This document shows positions 38,320 through 46,893 of a DNA stretch of 64,000 bases, one piece after another. A program made the translations under genes and the position numbers. Position 1 is the stretch's first letter. Each line of letters begins with the position of its first letter. Under the pieces are notes generated by a model. That model did not search any database. It was given only the letters and a program-made list of their open reading frames with translations, and had not been told where the DNA came from. The stretch lies in NCBI GenBank assembly GCA_965221905.1, contig OZ244922.1, positions 672,001 to 736,000 on the forward strand, read 5' to 3'. This DNA comes from Chloroflexota bacterium. GTDB taxonomy: Bacteria; Chloroflexota; UBA11872; VXOZ01.

Positions 38320-38444
38320 GCAGCCTTGGATGTACAGTCAATTGCTTTCGCCCACTCTTGTTATCACCACGCCTAGCTATAGCATATCATCTAGATTGAG
38401 AGGATTGTACGACCATCTATTCGGCGACGGAATCTAGTCTGACA

Positions 38445-39140
38445 CTAGCCCCGGTTCTTTGAATCAATACATTCGATCAGCGGCAGCAGGTGTTCGTAGA
38501 GTTCTGCCGTGGCGCGGGCGTCGGCCAGGCAGTACCGGGCAATTGAGTCCCAGTCGCCTTCGGCATAGGCCTTGGGCACCGCACTGCCTGTAAGACCCGC
38601 CTTGGAGTCTTCTATGCCGAACTGGTGGCACCAGAATTGCAGGGTGTACGGCGCGGTAGCGCGGTGAAAGGTCAGCGCTTCCATCAAGTCACAGTGGTGC
38701 TGGAAACTGTAGCGGTAAGGCATGAGATTGCGGGACGGACGGACGCCCAGCACGGCGGAGCGCAGCATGAGGATCGGGCAATCAAAAGTGCGGCCGTTAT
38801 AGGTCACAATGGTATCGGAGCGCTGTACGAGCTCCCAGAACTCAGTGAGGATCTCCGCTTCACCCCCGTGAAAAACGCGCGCGCCATCGTAAAGGGCCTC
38901 CCACTCGCGCGTTCCGGTGCTGTTGTTCACCAACACCCCGCCGCGCTGCTCGCCGGGCATCCACATGCCGATGGCAACGACCTGTGCGGTACCGGGATAG
39001 AGCGCCAATTGTTCCGGAAATGCCGCCCGCTCTTCGTCGTCCCGCGCCCGCTCCAGCAGGTAGTCTTGAATCGCGGGCATGAGCCCTTCCCACGGTAAGC
39101 CCACCGTTTCGACGTCTATGGCTAGCGGCTGAGATGCCAT
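38445..39140 (-). CDS. Stand-alone DEDDy 3'-5' exonuclease (PolB-exo/RNase H-like)
   Basis: IDVET, TYNGRTFD, HCDLME, YCLAD. Confidence 0.85.
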   Translation of the reverse strand: MASQPLAIDVETVGLPWEGLMPAIQDYLLERARDDEERAAFPEQLALYPGTAQVVAIGMWMPGEQRGGVLVNNSTGTREWEALYDGARVFHGGEAEILTEFWELVQRSDTIVTYNGRTFDCPILMLRSAVLGVRPSRNLMPYRYSFQHHCDLMEALTFHRATAPYTLQFWCHQFGIEDSKAGLTGSAVPKAYAEGDWDSIARYCLADARATAELYEHLLPLIECIDSKNRG

Positions 39141-39311
39141 GTGGGTCAATTCTCCTTGGGGTGAGGATCTTTGGCGCGCAAACACCTCAGGTGTTCGAGA
39201 CGCATGTCGGTGCTTGGCATAGTATCGCAATTGGAATAGTTGAGGCTATATTTGCTGCTTGCGACGTTGAAAAACCTCACTTTACCCTTTTTTTGAAAGC
39301 GCTAATCCTAC

Positions 39312-39408
39312 TGTCATTTCGAGCGGAGCGAGAAATCTAAGGCGCTTGCCTAAAGAAGATCTGCATGGTGAGGGGCATTCTAGACCCCTCACCTCGTTCG
39401 GGGTGACA
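39312..39408. repeat. Inverted pair of TGTCA-type palindromic repeats
   Basis: TGTCATTTCGAGCGGAGCGAGAAATCT ... AGACCCCTCACCTCGTTCGGGGTGACA; a related copy lies at about 42642-42682. Confidence 0.65.
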
Positions 39409-39525
39409 GCTGAACAGTCTTGCTCGGAGACTGGCCCAACCGACGCGCTGCATAGGGAGTCTTTCCAAGGAATCCGCCAACGTTCGTTGTGGGTAAGTTG
39501 ACACGAGAGAGCCGCCTAGACTGTC

Positions 39526-40824
39526 TCAGGATGAAGCAGCATCGGTCTGGCTATCGCGTTCCCAGGCGCGGAGTTCGTCCTGGTTGCGTTCTAGCTTGTG
39601 GAGAACGTCGAGGAAGCGGTCCATGTCGCTCTGCGGGCCGAGGAACGTAGCATGTGGGAGGCAGAGGGCTTCATCTGCGTAGATGCGCTCAGATTCCGGG
39701 CAGTAGACCTTGCGATAGTCGATCTCCTTACCGTAGAAGGAACAGGTGAAGGGATGCCCTGTGCGTCCGAAATTCATTTCTTGGAAGATCGGGTTGCGGT
39801 AGACCGGGTGCGTGTGGCCCGTGTGGACACGCAGCCCCTCAGCGTTCAAGGCTTTCATAACCGTGTCGCGCCCGATATCTGCGAACTGCGCGCTGTGGTA
39901 CTTGAAGTGCCAGAAGTAGAATCCCCAGCGGGTCACACGGGGATCGCGGAATACCGGGCTGAAACCCTCAAACTGTTCGAGCTGTTGCGACACGTAGGTG
40001 ACGTTCCGCTCGCGGGTGGCGGTTTGCGCTGCCAGGCGAGCGAGTTGCGCGTTGCCGATGGCGCCTTGCCATTCGGTCATGCGTAAATTCGTGCTGGGAA
40101 TGTGGTGCTCGTAGAATGGGCGGCCCGGGTAGCGCCCGATGTTGTGGAAAGAGGATGCGTGCTGCGCAACCTCTTCCCGGTTTGTGAGAACCATGCCGCC
40201 TTCGCCGGTAGTGAGGGTCTTGCCCATCTGGAAGCTGAACCCGCCGCAATCGCCAATAGCGCCGGTGCCGACGCCCTTCCACTGTGAGCCGTGAGAGTGC
40301 GCGCAGTCGGAGACGATGGCGATATCGTGTTTGGTCGCGATGGCGTGCAGCGCGTCCATGTCGCAGGGCATGCCGCCGTAGTCCACCGGCATGACGGCGC
40401 GGGTATTGGGCGTAATGGCGGCTTCCACTGCCGCTGGGTCGATGGTGTAGTTGCGGGGATCGCAGTCTACGAAGATGGGAATGGCGTTGGCCTGCAGCAC
40501 GGCGGAAGCACTAGCCACGAAGGTAACGGCGGGGACAATTACCTCATCCCCCGCCTCGACACCCACCGCCCGCAGCGCCGCCTCGAGCGCCACGGTGCCG
40601 TTAGCCACGGCAATGCCATACTTGGCGTCCTGGAAGGCGGCAAAATCACGCTCGAACCGACCCACTTGGGAATCGTCTTGGTCTGCGTATCCGCCCCGCC
40701 ACCAGATGCCGCTCTCCAGCACGCCTTGCAGCAGGGCTTGTTCCTCTTCGCCGAATACCGGCCAGGAAACGCCCAGCGGTTCTGCAATTGAACGCGGGCC
40801 GCCAGTCAGCGCAAGATTTCCCAT
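39526..40824 (-). CDS. DegT/DnrJ/EryC1/StrS PLP aminotransferase (AHBA-synthase-like)
   Basis: NGTVALE, GDEVIVP, DCAHSHG, FSFQMGKTLTTGEGG. Confidence 0.92.
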   Translation of the reverse strand: MGNLALTGGPRSIAEPLGVSWPVFGEEEQALLQGVLESGIWWRGGYADQDDSQVGRFERDFAAFQDAKYGIAVANGTVALEAALRAVGVEAGDEVIVPAVTFVASASAVLQANAIPIFVDCDPRNYTIDPAAVEAAITPNTRAVMPVDYGGMPCDMDALHAIATKHDIAIVSDCAHSHGSQWKGVGTGAIGDCGGFSFQMGKTLTTGEGGMVLTNREEVAQHASSFHNIGRYPGRPFYEHHIPSTNLRMTEWQGAIGNAQLARLAAQTATRERNVTYVSQQLEQFEGFSPVFRDPRVTRWGFYFWHFKYHSAQFADIGRDTVMKALNAEGLRVHTGHTHPVYRNPIFQEMNFGRTGHPFTCSFYGKEIDYRKVYCPESERIYADEALCLPHATFLGPQSDMDRFLDVLHKLERNQDELRAWERDSQTDAASS

Positions 40825-40844
40825 TCAAATTTACTCCTTGATCT

Positions 40845-41186
40845 CGTCATTACCGCGCAGGGAGGGAATCCATCTTCTCTGCGCCGACACTGGACTTCCG
40901 CTCCGGAATCGGATCTCGGAACATACTTCGCGGGAATCACCATGGCCCTGCGCAGGTCACACATAGGGAGTGACGGAGATAGTTTTCTTTTCCGCACCGG
41001 TAGTCTGCGCCGCGTGGTGAGGTGATCGTCCAAATTTATGGTGGTGAAGGACTGCTATGGTCTTCGCTTTCTCCTACGAGCGCCGCGACGCTCAGATTCA
41101 CCCTCACCCTAACCCTCTCCCGCCGGGAGAGGGGACTTTCTCACCTCGGCAAGGGTTATGCAAAGGTCTCCACGGGGAGAGGGTGA
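40845..41186. repeat. Cluster of CGTC-type and CCCTCACCC...GGGAGAGGG palindromic repeats
   Basis: CGTCATTACCGCG...GGGAATCCA at 40845, inverted partner 40890-40940; CCCTCACCCTAACCCTCTCCCGCCGGGAGAGGG at about 41101. Confidence 0.7.
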
Positions 41187-41197
41187 AATACGCAGCC

Positions 41198-42475
41198 TCA
41201 GACCGCCACTGGCTCGCGGAGACCGAGGAGCACGTCAATTGCGGCTTGGCGAATCAAGGGTTCGCTGGAAGGCGCGATAGCAGCGAGATTGGGCTCCATG
41301 CCGCCCTGGTCGAATGCTTCCGGCGTGGGCACGTAGGCAACCTCTCGTGTCGGGCGGCTGATGACGACCGTGTGCCGAAACGGCGACGCCTCCTTGATGG
41401 CAAGTGCGGTCTCGTGAAACAATTCGCCCGGCATGTGCACGAGGGCGGTGTCGCCCAGCGTGACGACCTTGATCGGGTATCGGATGGTAGGATTCTGCTC
41501 GTACCACTCGTAGAGGAAGCGGTGGTAGCGATCATGCATTCGCTTGAAGTTGAAGCGCATCTCTTCCGGCTCCTCGGGCATCACGCGCGCCGGAATATCC
41601 ACTTCGCGGAAATGCGTCTCCATTGCCGGTGTGCTATCAGGTTTGATCTGCTCGAAGACATACAGCGCTTGGGCGCCGACTGAGCGGCCAATGCGGCGCG
41701 CGGCCCAGCCCTCGCGCTCAATAGGCACAACGTCGCCCAAGCCACCTTGGGCAAAGACAATCGGCAGTCCCGCAACCTCGCCAAAGACATCCGCTACGTA
41801 ACGAGGATAATCGGCGGAGATGCCGCCGTACTTGTCGGTAGAGCAGAGCGCATGACAGCCAAAGTTGATGAATGCGCCGATAGACTCGCCGTCCAGGGTA
41901 TCGAAGCGGAGCACGCTGACTTCATCGTCTTTCCCTTGCTCGACCCACGCGGGATCGGGCGGCGATTCTTGGCGATTGAAGACCATGTGCACGGAACCGT
42001 CCGGCTTGATGAAGCGGCGGTTGTAACACACTTCGGGCGCATGACCGCCCCGTGACGACATGCGCACCGGCACGAGCATATCGAATGCGTCCTGAATGCC
42101 GTCTGCAATGCGCGCGCTAATCTCATCCTCGTAGTTCTCAATGATGAGGTCTTGGGCGAAGATCATAATGTACGCGCCGTAGTTAGAAATCGGTGTGGAA
42201 CCGATGTGAGAAGGGCAAAAGAGCGTGGGAAAGGGCGCGATGCCGCGGGCTTCTAACGCGTCGGCTACTTTCGCGTCGAAGTTGATGCCGAGCTCGAATG
42301 CGTCTACAGCCACGATTGCGGCGGTATGCTCCGCATCTTGGAGGAGCAGGATGCGCGCCTTTAACGGATCGTAAATGGGATAGCTGCGGTCCTTCTTCTT
42401 GCCATTGGTCGCATGTCGGTCCTGGTCGGGAGTGATGTCTACGGCGGTAAAGGCAGCGTGCAAGCCTTCATTCAC
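41198..42475 (-). CDS. Neutral/alkaline ceramidase-like hydrolase (uncharacterised)
   Basis: VDITP, DPLKAR, YNRR, NFGCH, ISADYP, QGGLGD, PGELF, YVPT...GG motifs. Confidence 0.75.
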   Translation of the reverse strand: MNEGLHAAFTAVDITPDQDRHATNGKKKDRSYPIYDPLKARILLLQDAEHTAAIVAVDAFELGINFDAKVADALEARGIAPFPTLFCPSHIGSTPISNYGAYIMIFAQDLIIENYEDEISARIADGIQDAFDMLVPVRMSSRGGHAPEVCYNRRFIKPDGSVHMVFNRQESPPDPAWVEQGKDDEVSVLRFDTLDGESIGAFINFGCHALCSTDKYGGISADYPRYVADVFGEVAGLPIVFAQGGLGDVVPIEREGWAARRIGRSVGAQALYVFEQIKPDSTPAMETHFREVDIPARVMPEEPEEMRFNFKRMHDRYHRFLYEWYEQNPTIRYPIKVVTLGDTALVHMPGELFHETALAIKEASPFRHTVVISRPTREVAYVPTPEAFDQGGMEPNLAAIAPSSEPLIRQAAIDVLLGLREPVAV

Positions 42476-42641
42476 GGGTGCTCTCCTCTACGATTCATGT
42501 GCGTACGTTTACTATATTACCTGCAGTTGCTCAATTGGAAAAGCAGCCAAGACCAGCAGACCCGGAAGTGTCACCTTCGCGGGACTGTAGTTCACGACAT
42601 TTGCATGTTGCTTGAATGCAACATTGTACGTCGCTCCCACG

Positions 42642-42823
42642 TGTCATTCCAAGCGCAGCGGCGAACCAGAGTTCGAGGAATCTAGGGTTTAAGCAAGAAA
42701 AGATGTGCTCGAAACGATAGCGGCTGTCTGCGTTTAGGAGCGGGGGACAAGCCCCCGCGCTACGGTATCCCGGTTCTTGATTTTGGGGTGTGCGTTCGGT
42801 AGCGCAGGTTTGTAACCTGCGTT
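42642..42823. repeat. Cluster of REP-like palindromes (TGTCA type and two GTAG types)
   Basis: GGAGCGGGGGACAAGCCCCCGCGCTAC (42737-42763) and CGGTAGCGCAGGTTTGTAACCTGCG (42797-42821). Confidence 0.8.
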
Positions 42824-43022
42824 TCTCGCCAAAGGATAGGCAAAGAGAGGGCAAGGTCACTCCGCGACCGCAGACGGAGGAGGTCGGATGCCAAATGCGG
42901 ACTATCCCACAGGCAAAGTGGCGTAGGCGCCGCCTCCCAGCAGCCCGCGTGCATTCAACTACCTGCCGCTCGCTTATAATGGATGAGTAGGACTTTTCAC
43001 CTGGAACACAGGAACAGCACTT

Positions 43023-44231
43023 TTGAAGAAGCGTGTGGTGGTGCTGGGCTCCACCGGCTCCATCGGACAACAGACGCTCGACGTCATTCGTGCGAGCCCT
43101 GACGCCTTTACCGTCGTCGGGCTAGCGTCCGGTCGTGACGTGCGCACGCTGGCGGCACAAATTGCTGAGTTCAAGCCGCAGGCGGCGTATTGCGTAGACG
43201 GCAGCGTGGCGCGCCATGTCGGCGCAACTACGCGAGTCTTTTCCGGCGACGACGGTATTACGCAGCTTGTCGAAGCGGTCGAAGCCGACACTACGGTCGT
43301 GGGCACGCCGGGGATGGTCGGCGCACGTGCGACCATGGCTGCGCTTGAGCGTGGACAGGACGTGGCGCTGGCGAATAAAGAGACCCTCGTCATGGCCGGG
43401 GACCTGGTCATGCAGGCGGCATCCGCCAACGGCGCCACCGTATTGCCGACCGATAGCGAACACAGTGCCGTCTGGCAATGTCTGCGGGGTGAAGACGAGG
43501 CGGCCATACAACGACTGATTCTTGCCGCGTCAGGCGGCCCTTTCCGCACGGCGTCAGCGCAATCGTTGGCAAACGTAACGCCGGAGCAGGCCTTGCGGCA
43601 TCCCACGTGGTCTATGGGCGCAAAGATTACCGTCGACTCTGCCACGCTACTGAACAAGGGCCTGGAAATCATCGAAGCGCATTGGCTGTTTGCATTGCCG
43701 TATGCGAAGATCGAAGTAGTGATACATCCGCAGAGCATCGTGCACGCGCTGGTCGAGTTTGTGGATGGGGCGGTGAAAGCGCAGTTGAGCCATCCCGATA
43801 TGCGCTTGCCGATCCAGCACGCGCTGAGCTTTCCGGAACGTTTGCCGGTACATTGGGGCGGTCTCGATTTCGCGCGAGCGCCGGTTCTGGAGTTTTTCGA
43901 GACAGAGAGCGCGCGGTTTCCTTGCCTTGAGCTAGCCCGGCAAGCGGCGGAAACCGGTGGCACCGCGCCCACGGTGCTTTGCGCCGCTGACGAGGTTGCC
44001 GTTGAGCTCTTCTTGAAGGGCAGGATAGGTTTCTTGGATATTCCACGCCTGATTGCACGAGCGTTGGAGGCTCATGCGAGCACGCGGGTAGAGTCGTTGG
44101 ACCATGTGCTCGCCGTGGCCGTTGAGACGAGGCAACGGCTCTTGGAGGATTCTACAACTACCTCCGCTACACCGGTGAAAGCTAGAATCCAAGAGGGCGG
44201 ACAGGATGGATTCCCGCTTTCGCGGGAATGA
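43023..44231 (+). CDS. dxr: 1-deoxy-D-xylulose-5-phosphate reductoisomerase
   Basis: LGSTGSIG, LANKE, PTDSEHSA, HPTWSMGAKITVDSAT, NKGLEIIEAH. Confidence 0.97.
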   Translation: MKKRVVVLGSTGSIGQQTLDVIRASPDAFTVVGLASGRDVRTLAAQIAEFKPQAAYCVDGSVARHVGATTRVFSGDDGITQLVEAVEADTTVVGTPGMVGARATMAALERGQDVALANKETLVMAGDLVMQAASANGATVLPTDSEHSAVWQCLRGEDEAAIQRLILAASGGPFRTASAQSLANVTPEQALRHPTWSMGAKITVDSATLLNKGLEIIEAHWLFALPYAKIEVVIHPQSIVHALVEFVDGAVKAQLSHPDMRLPIQHALSFPERLPVHWGGLDFARAPVLEFFETESARFPCLELARQAAETGGTAPTVLCAADEVAVELFLKGRIGFLDIPRLIARALEAHASTRVESLDHVLAVAVETRQRLLEDSTTTSATPVKARIQEGGQDGFPLSRE

Positions 44232-44279
44232 CGGACTTTCTGACACCAGAGTGGGAATGACGGACTTGCTGATACCAGA
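44207..44279. repeat. CGTC-type REP plus a ~29-bp direct repeat
   Basis: TGGATTCCCGCTTTCGCGGGAATGACGG, then GGGAATGACGGACTTKCTGAYACCAGA twice. Confidence 0.8.
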
Positions 44280-44294
44280 CATGAATCGGGACGT

Positions 44295-45326
44295 ATGATG
44301 TTTATCACGATCTTTGCTTTTGTCTTCGTCCTCTCACTCCTAATACTTGTCCACGAAATCGGGCACTTCGCGGCAGCGAGACGCGTGGGCATCCGTGTGG
44401 AGGAGTTTGGCATCGGTTGGCCGCCGCGGCTCTTCTCGCGACGCATCGGCGAAACTCTCTATTCGATAAATCTGCTGCCGTTGGGCGGCTTTGTGCGCAT
44501 GTTTGGTGAGTTCGGGAGCGCGGAGCCCGGCAGTTTCATGAGCAAGCGGCCGGTAGAGCGAGTGGTGGTGATCTTGGCGGGCGTCGCTATGAACTTCCTG
44601 ATCGCGCCGGTGCTTTTCAGTTTTGCTTTTATGCTTGGAGAGCCGACATATACCGATCGTATCTTCGTGCAGGAAGTGGTACCGGAAAGTCCTGCCGCTG
44701 TGGTGGGGCTAATGGAGGGCGACCGCATTCTCGCGATCAATGATGTTGCCATCACGACGATGTTTCAAGTGCGGGAGCAAATAGGCGAGGTGGAAGAAGG
44801 CACGCCGATTCGCTTATCCATTGAACGGGAAAGCCGGCAAGAAACACTGAGCGTGATACCCAGGTACAATCCGCAGATCGAGCGCTTGGCGATTGGAGTC
44901 GTGCTGTTGCCGGAGCACACGATCAAGCGCTATTGGCCGTGGGAGGCGGCGTGGCGCGGTATCCAGCGGACAGGCGAGATGTTTGCGCTCATTGGGCTGG
45001 GTGTTGCCAGTCTGGTCCAGGGCTCGGAAGAAGCGGATCTGATGGGCCCGGTGGGCATTGCGTCGCTGACCGGGCAAGTGGCCCGCTCCGGCTTCTCGCG
45101 CTTGCTTACGTTTACGGGGTTCTTGAGCATTAACCTCGCAATCATCAATTTGCTTCCCTTTCCCGGTCTCGACGGCGCGCGGTTTGTGTTCACCGTGGTG
45201 GAGATGGTGCGCGGTCGCCCCGTTCCTCCCAAGCGTGAGGCCGCCATTAACTTTGCCGGCATCATCATATTGCTCACCCTCACGGTACTGATCACATACC
45301 GCGATATCGTGCGTCTCATGGGATAG
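44295..45326 (+). CDS. rseP: Site-2 intramembrane metalloprotease with PDZ domain
   Basis: HEIGH, PLGGFV, PDZ (SPAAVVGLMEGDRI), NLLPFPGLDG; follows dxr. Confidence 0.93.
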   Translation: MMFITIFAFVFVLSLLILVHEIGHFAAARRVGIRVEEFGIGWPPRLFSRRIGETLYSINLLPLGGFVRMFGEFGSAEPGSFMSKRPVERVVVILAGVAMNFLIAPVLFSFAFMLGEPTYTDRIFVQEVVPESPAAVVGLMEGDRILAINDVAITTMFQVREQIGEVEEGTPIRLSIERESRQETLSVIPRYNPQIERLAIGVVLLPEHTIKRYWPWEAAWRGIQRTGEMFALIGLGVASLVQGSEEADLMGPVGIASLTGQVARSGFSRLLTFTGFLSINLAIINLLPFPGLDGARFVFTVVEMVRGRPVPPKREAAINFAGIIILLTLTVLITYRDIVRLMG

Positions 45327-45410
45327 TATTCTGTGGTTGCTCTGCGCACTGTGCTACAATGTCCAGCGCAGTCCGTTCGAATTGGCGTGCGCAACGAAGG
45401 GGATTCACGT

Positions 45411-46571
45411 GTGTCGCAGGTATTCTCCTTTCGAATTCCGCAAGCAATTCACTTTGGCCCCGGCGTTTATCATCAGCTCCCTGCACTCGTGCGTGCGCAC
45501 GTACACGAGCGTGCGGCGACAACCGAGCGCATCCTGCTGATTACCGATCCCGGTCTCGTGGCTGCCGGTATCGTTCCGGCGGTTGAGGAAGCATTAGTTG
45601 CTGCTGGTGGCGAAGTTGTGCGCTACCAGGATATTCCACCGGAACCGCATCTCGATGACGTAGAACGTTGCCGCTCGTTTGCTGCTGAGCGGGGTGCTGC
45701 CGTGGTCGTAGGTGTGGGTGGCGGCAGTGTGCTCGATGCCGCCAAGATCGTGGGCGGCTTTGCGGCCAGCGCGAAGCCTTTGGCTGATCTACTCGATCGT
45801 GAAGACGAGGACTTGGCGCCGGGGCTGCCGATCTTTCTCCTGCCCACCACGGCGGGTTCGGGCGCTGAGGTTACTGCCGGCGCAATCGTCTCTTTTCAAG
45901 GTCGTAAGCGCCGCTTGGTCGGACGCTATGCACGTCCCGTGGTTGCCCTCATCGATCCTACGTTCACGCGCAGCTTGCCGGAGAGTGTCACGGTTGCCAG
46001 CGGGTTGGATGCGCTGACCCATGCCATAGAGTCCTATGCAGCGCGGCGTGCGAGCCCAATGAGCAAACTCTATTCACGGGAAGCCTTTCGCCTAATCATG
46101 GCGTGGCTGCCGCGTGTACTGGCGAGTCCGCACGATTTGGATGCACGCAGCAAGATGGCACAGGCGGCACTGTATGCCGGCATTGCCGTGGCAAATGCCG
46201 GCGCTGGGGCGGTACATGCGCTCGCGTACCCGTTGGGCGGGAGGATCAGCGTGCCTCACGGCATTGCAAACGCCATTCTGCTGCCGCATGTGTTGCAAGA
46301 GAACTTGGACGCTAGCCCGGCGGCCTACGCTGCACTCTGCGACGAATCCGACCCGTGCGGCGCGCAGTCACAGGGCGACCGCCTGCTTGACGCAGTGCAG
46401 AGGCTGCTCTGCACACTGGAAACACCGACGCGGCTTGCCGAGTTTGGCGTGCAGCAGAACGCTTTACCATCGCTAGCGGAAGAAGCTCACGGTATTCGCA
46501 GACTTTTGGATAACAATGTGCGTGATTTCAGTCCCGAGGAAATTGAAGCGCTTTACGTAGCCGCCTGGTGA
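45411..46571 (+). CDS. Iron-containing alcohol dehydrogenase
   Basis: GGGSVLD, PTTAGSGAEVT, DALTHAIE, HALAYP, PHGIAN. Confidence 0.92.
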   Translation: MSQVFSFRIPQAIHFGPGVYHQLPALVRAHVHERAATTERILLITDPGLVAAGIVPAVEEALVAAGGEVVRYQDIPPEPHLDDVERCRSFAAERGAAVVVGVGGGSVLDAAKIVGGFAASAKPLADLLDREDEDLAPGLPIFLLPTTAGSGAEVTAGAIVSFQGRKRRLVGRYARPVVALIDPTFTRSLPESVTVASGLDALTHAIESYAARRASPMSKLYSREAFRLIMAWLPRVLASPHDLDARSKMAQAALYAGIAVANAGAGAVHALAYPLGGRISVPHGIANAILLPHVLQENLDASPAAYAALCDESDPCGAQSQGDRLLDAVQRLLCTLETPTRLAEFGVQQNALPSLAEEAHGIRRLLDNNVRDFSPEEIEALYVAAW

Positions 46572-46731
46572 TCTCTCCTCGTCTTTGGTAGTACCGCATG
46601 GCGAGAAAGGAAAGAGTGTTGGCGGGGTTATGCCTTTGCTGCTCGACGGTGGTTTGGCGGCGCGATAATTGCCCCAGTATCTATCACATTAGCTCGGTGG
46701 TCAAGAGAGACTTGGGACAATCTGCGGAGCA

Positions 46732-46820
46732 CCTATCTGGAGAAGTCGACTGAATGTCGATCCGAAGTTGTTACCATGCCTCTATTGGTTCACTCTTTCA
46801 GCCGCCTGATGAACGATGGG
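46732..46820 (+). ncRNA. Possible degenerate glycine-riboswitch-like aptamer
   Basis: Ordered TGGAGA-[TCGAC/GTCGA]-CCGAAG-[ACCA/TGGT]-CTCTTTCAG, closed by CCTATC/GATGGG; several core positions deviate. Confidence 0.3.
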
Positions 46821-46893
46821 ACTGTACTCGCTACCTGAGGAGCGTATACAATCTCTCTAACCGTGTAAGCGCAACCACTAACCAACACCGCCC

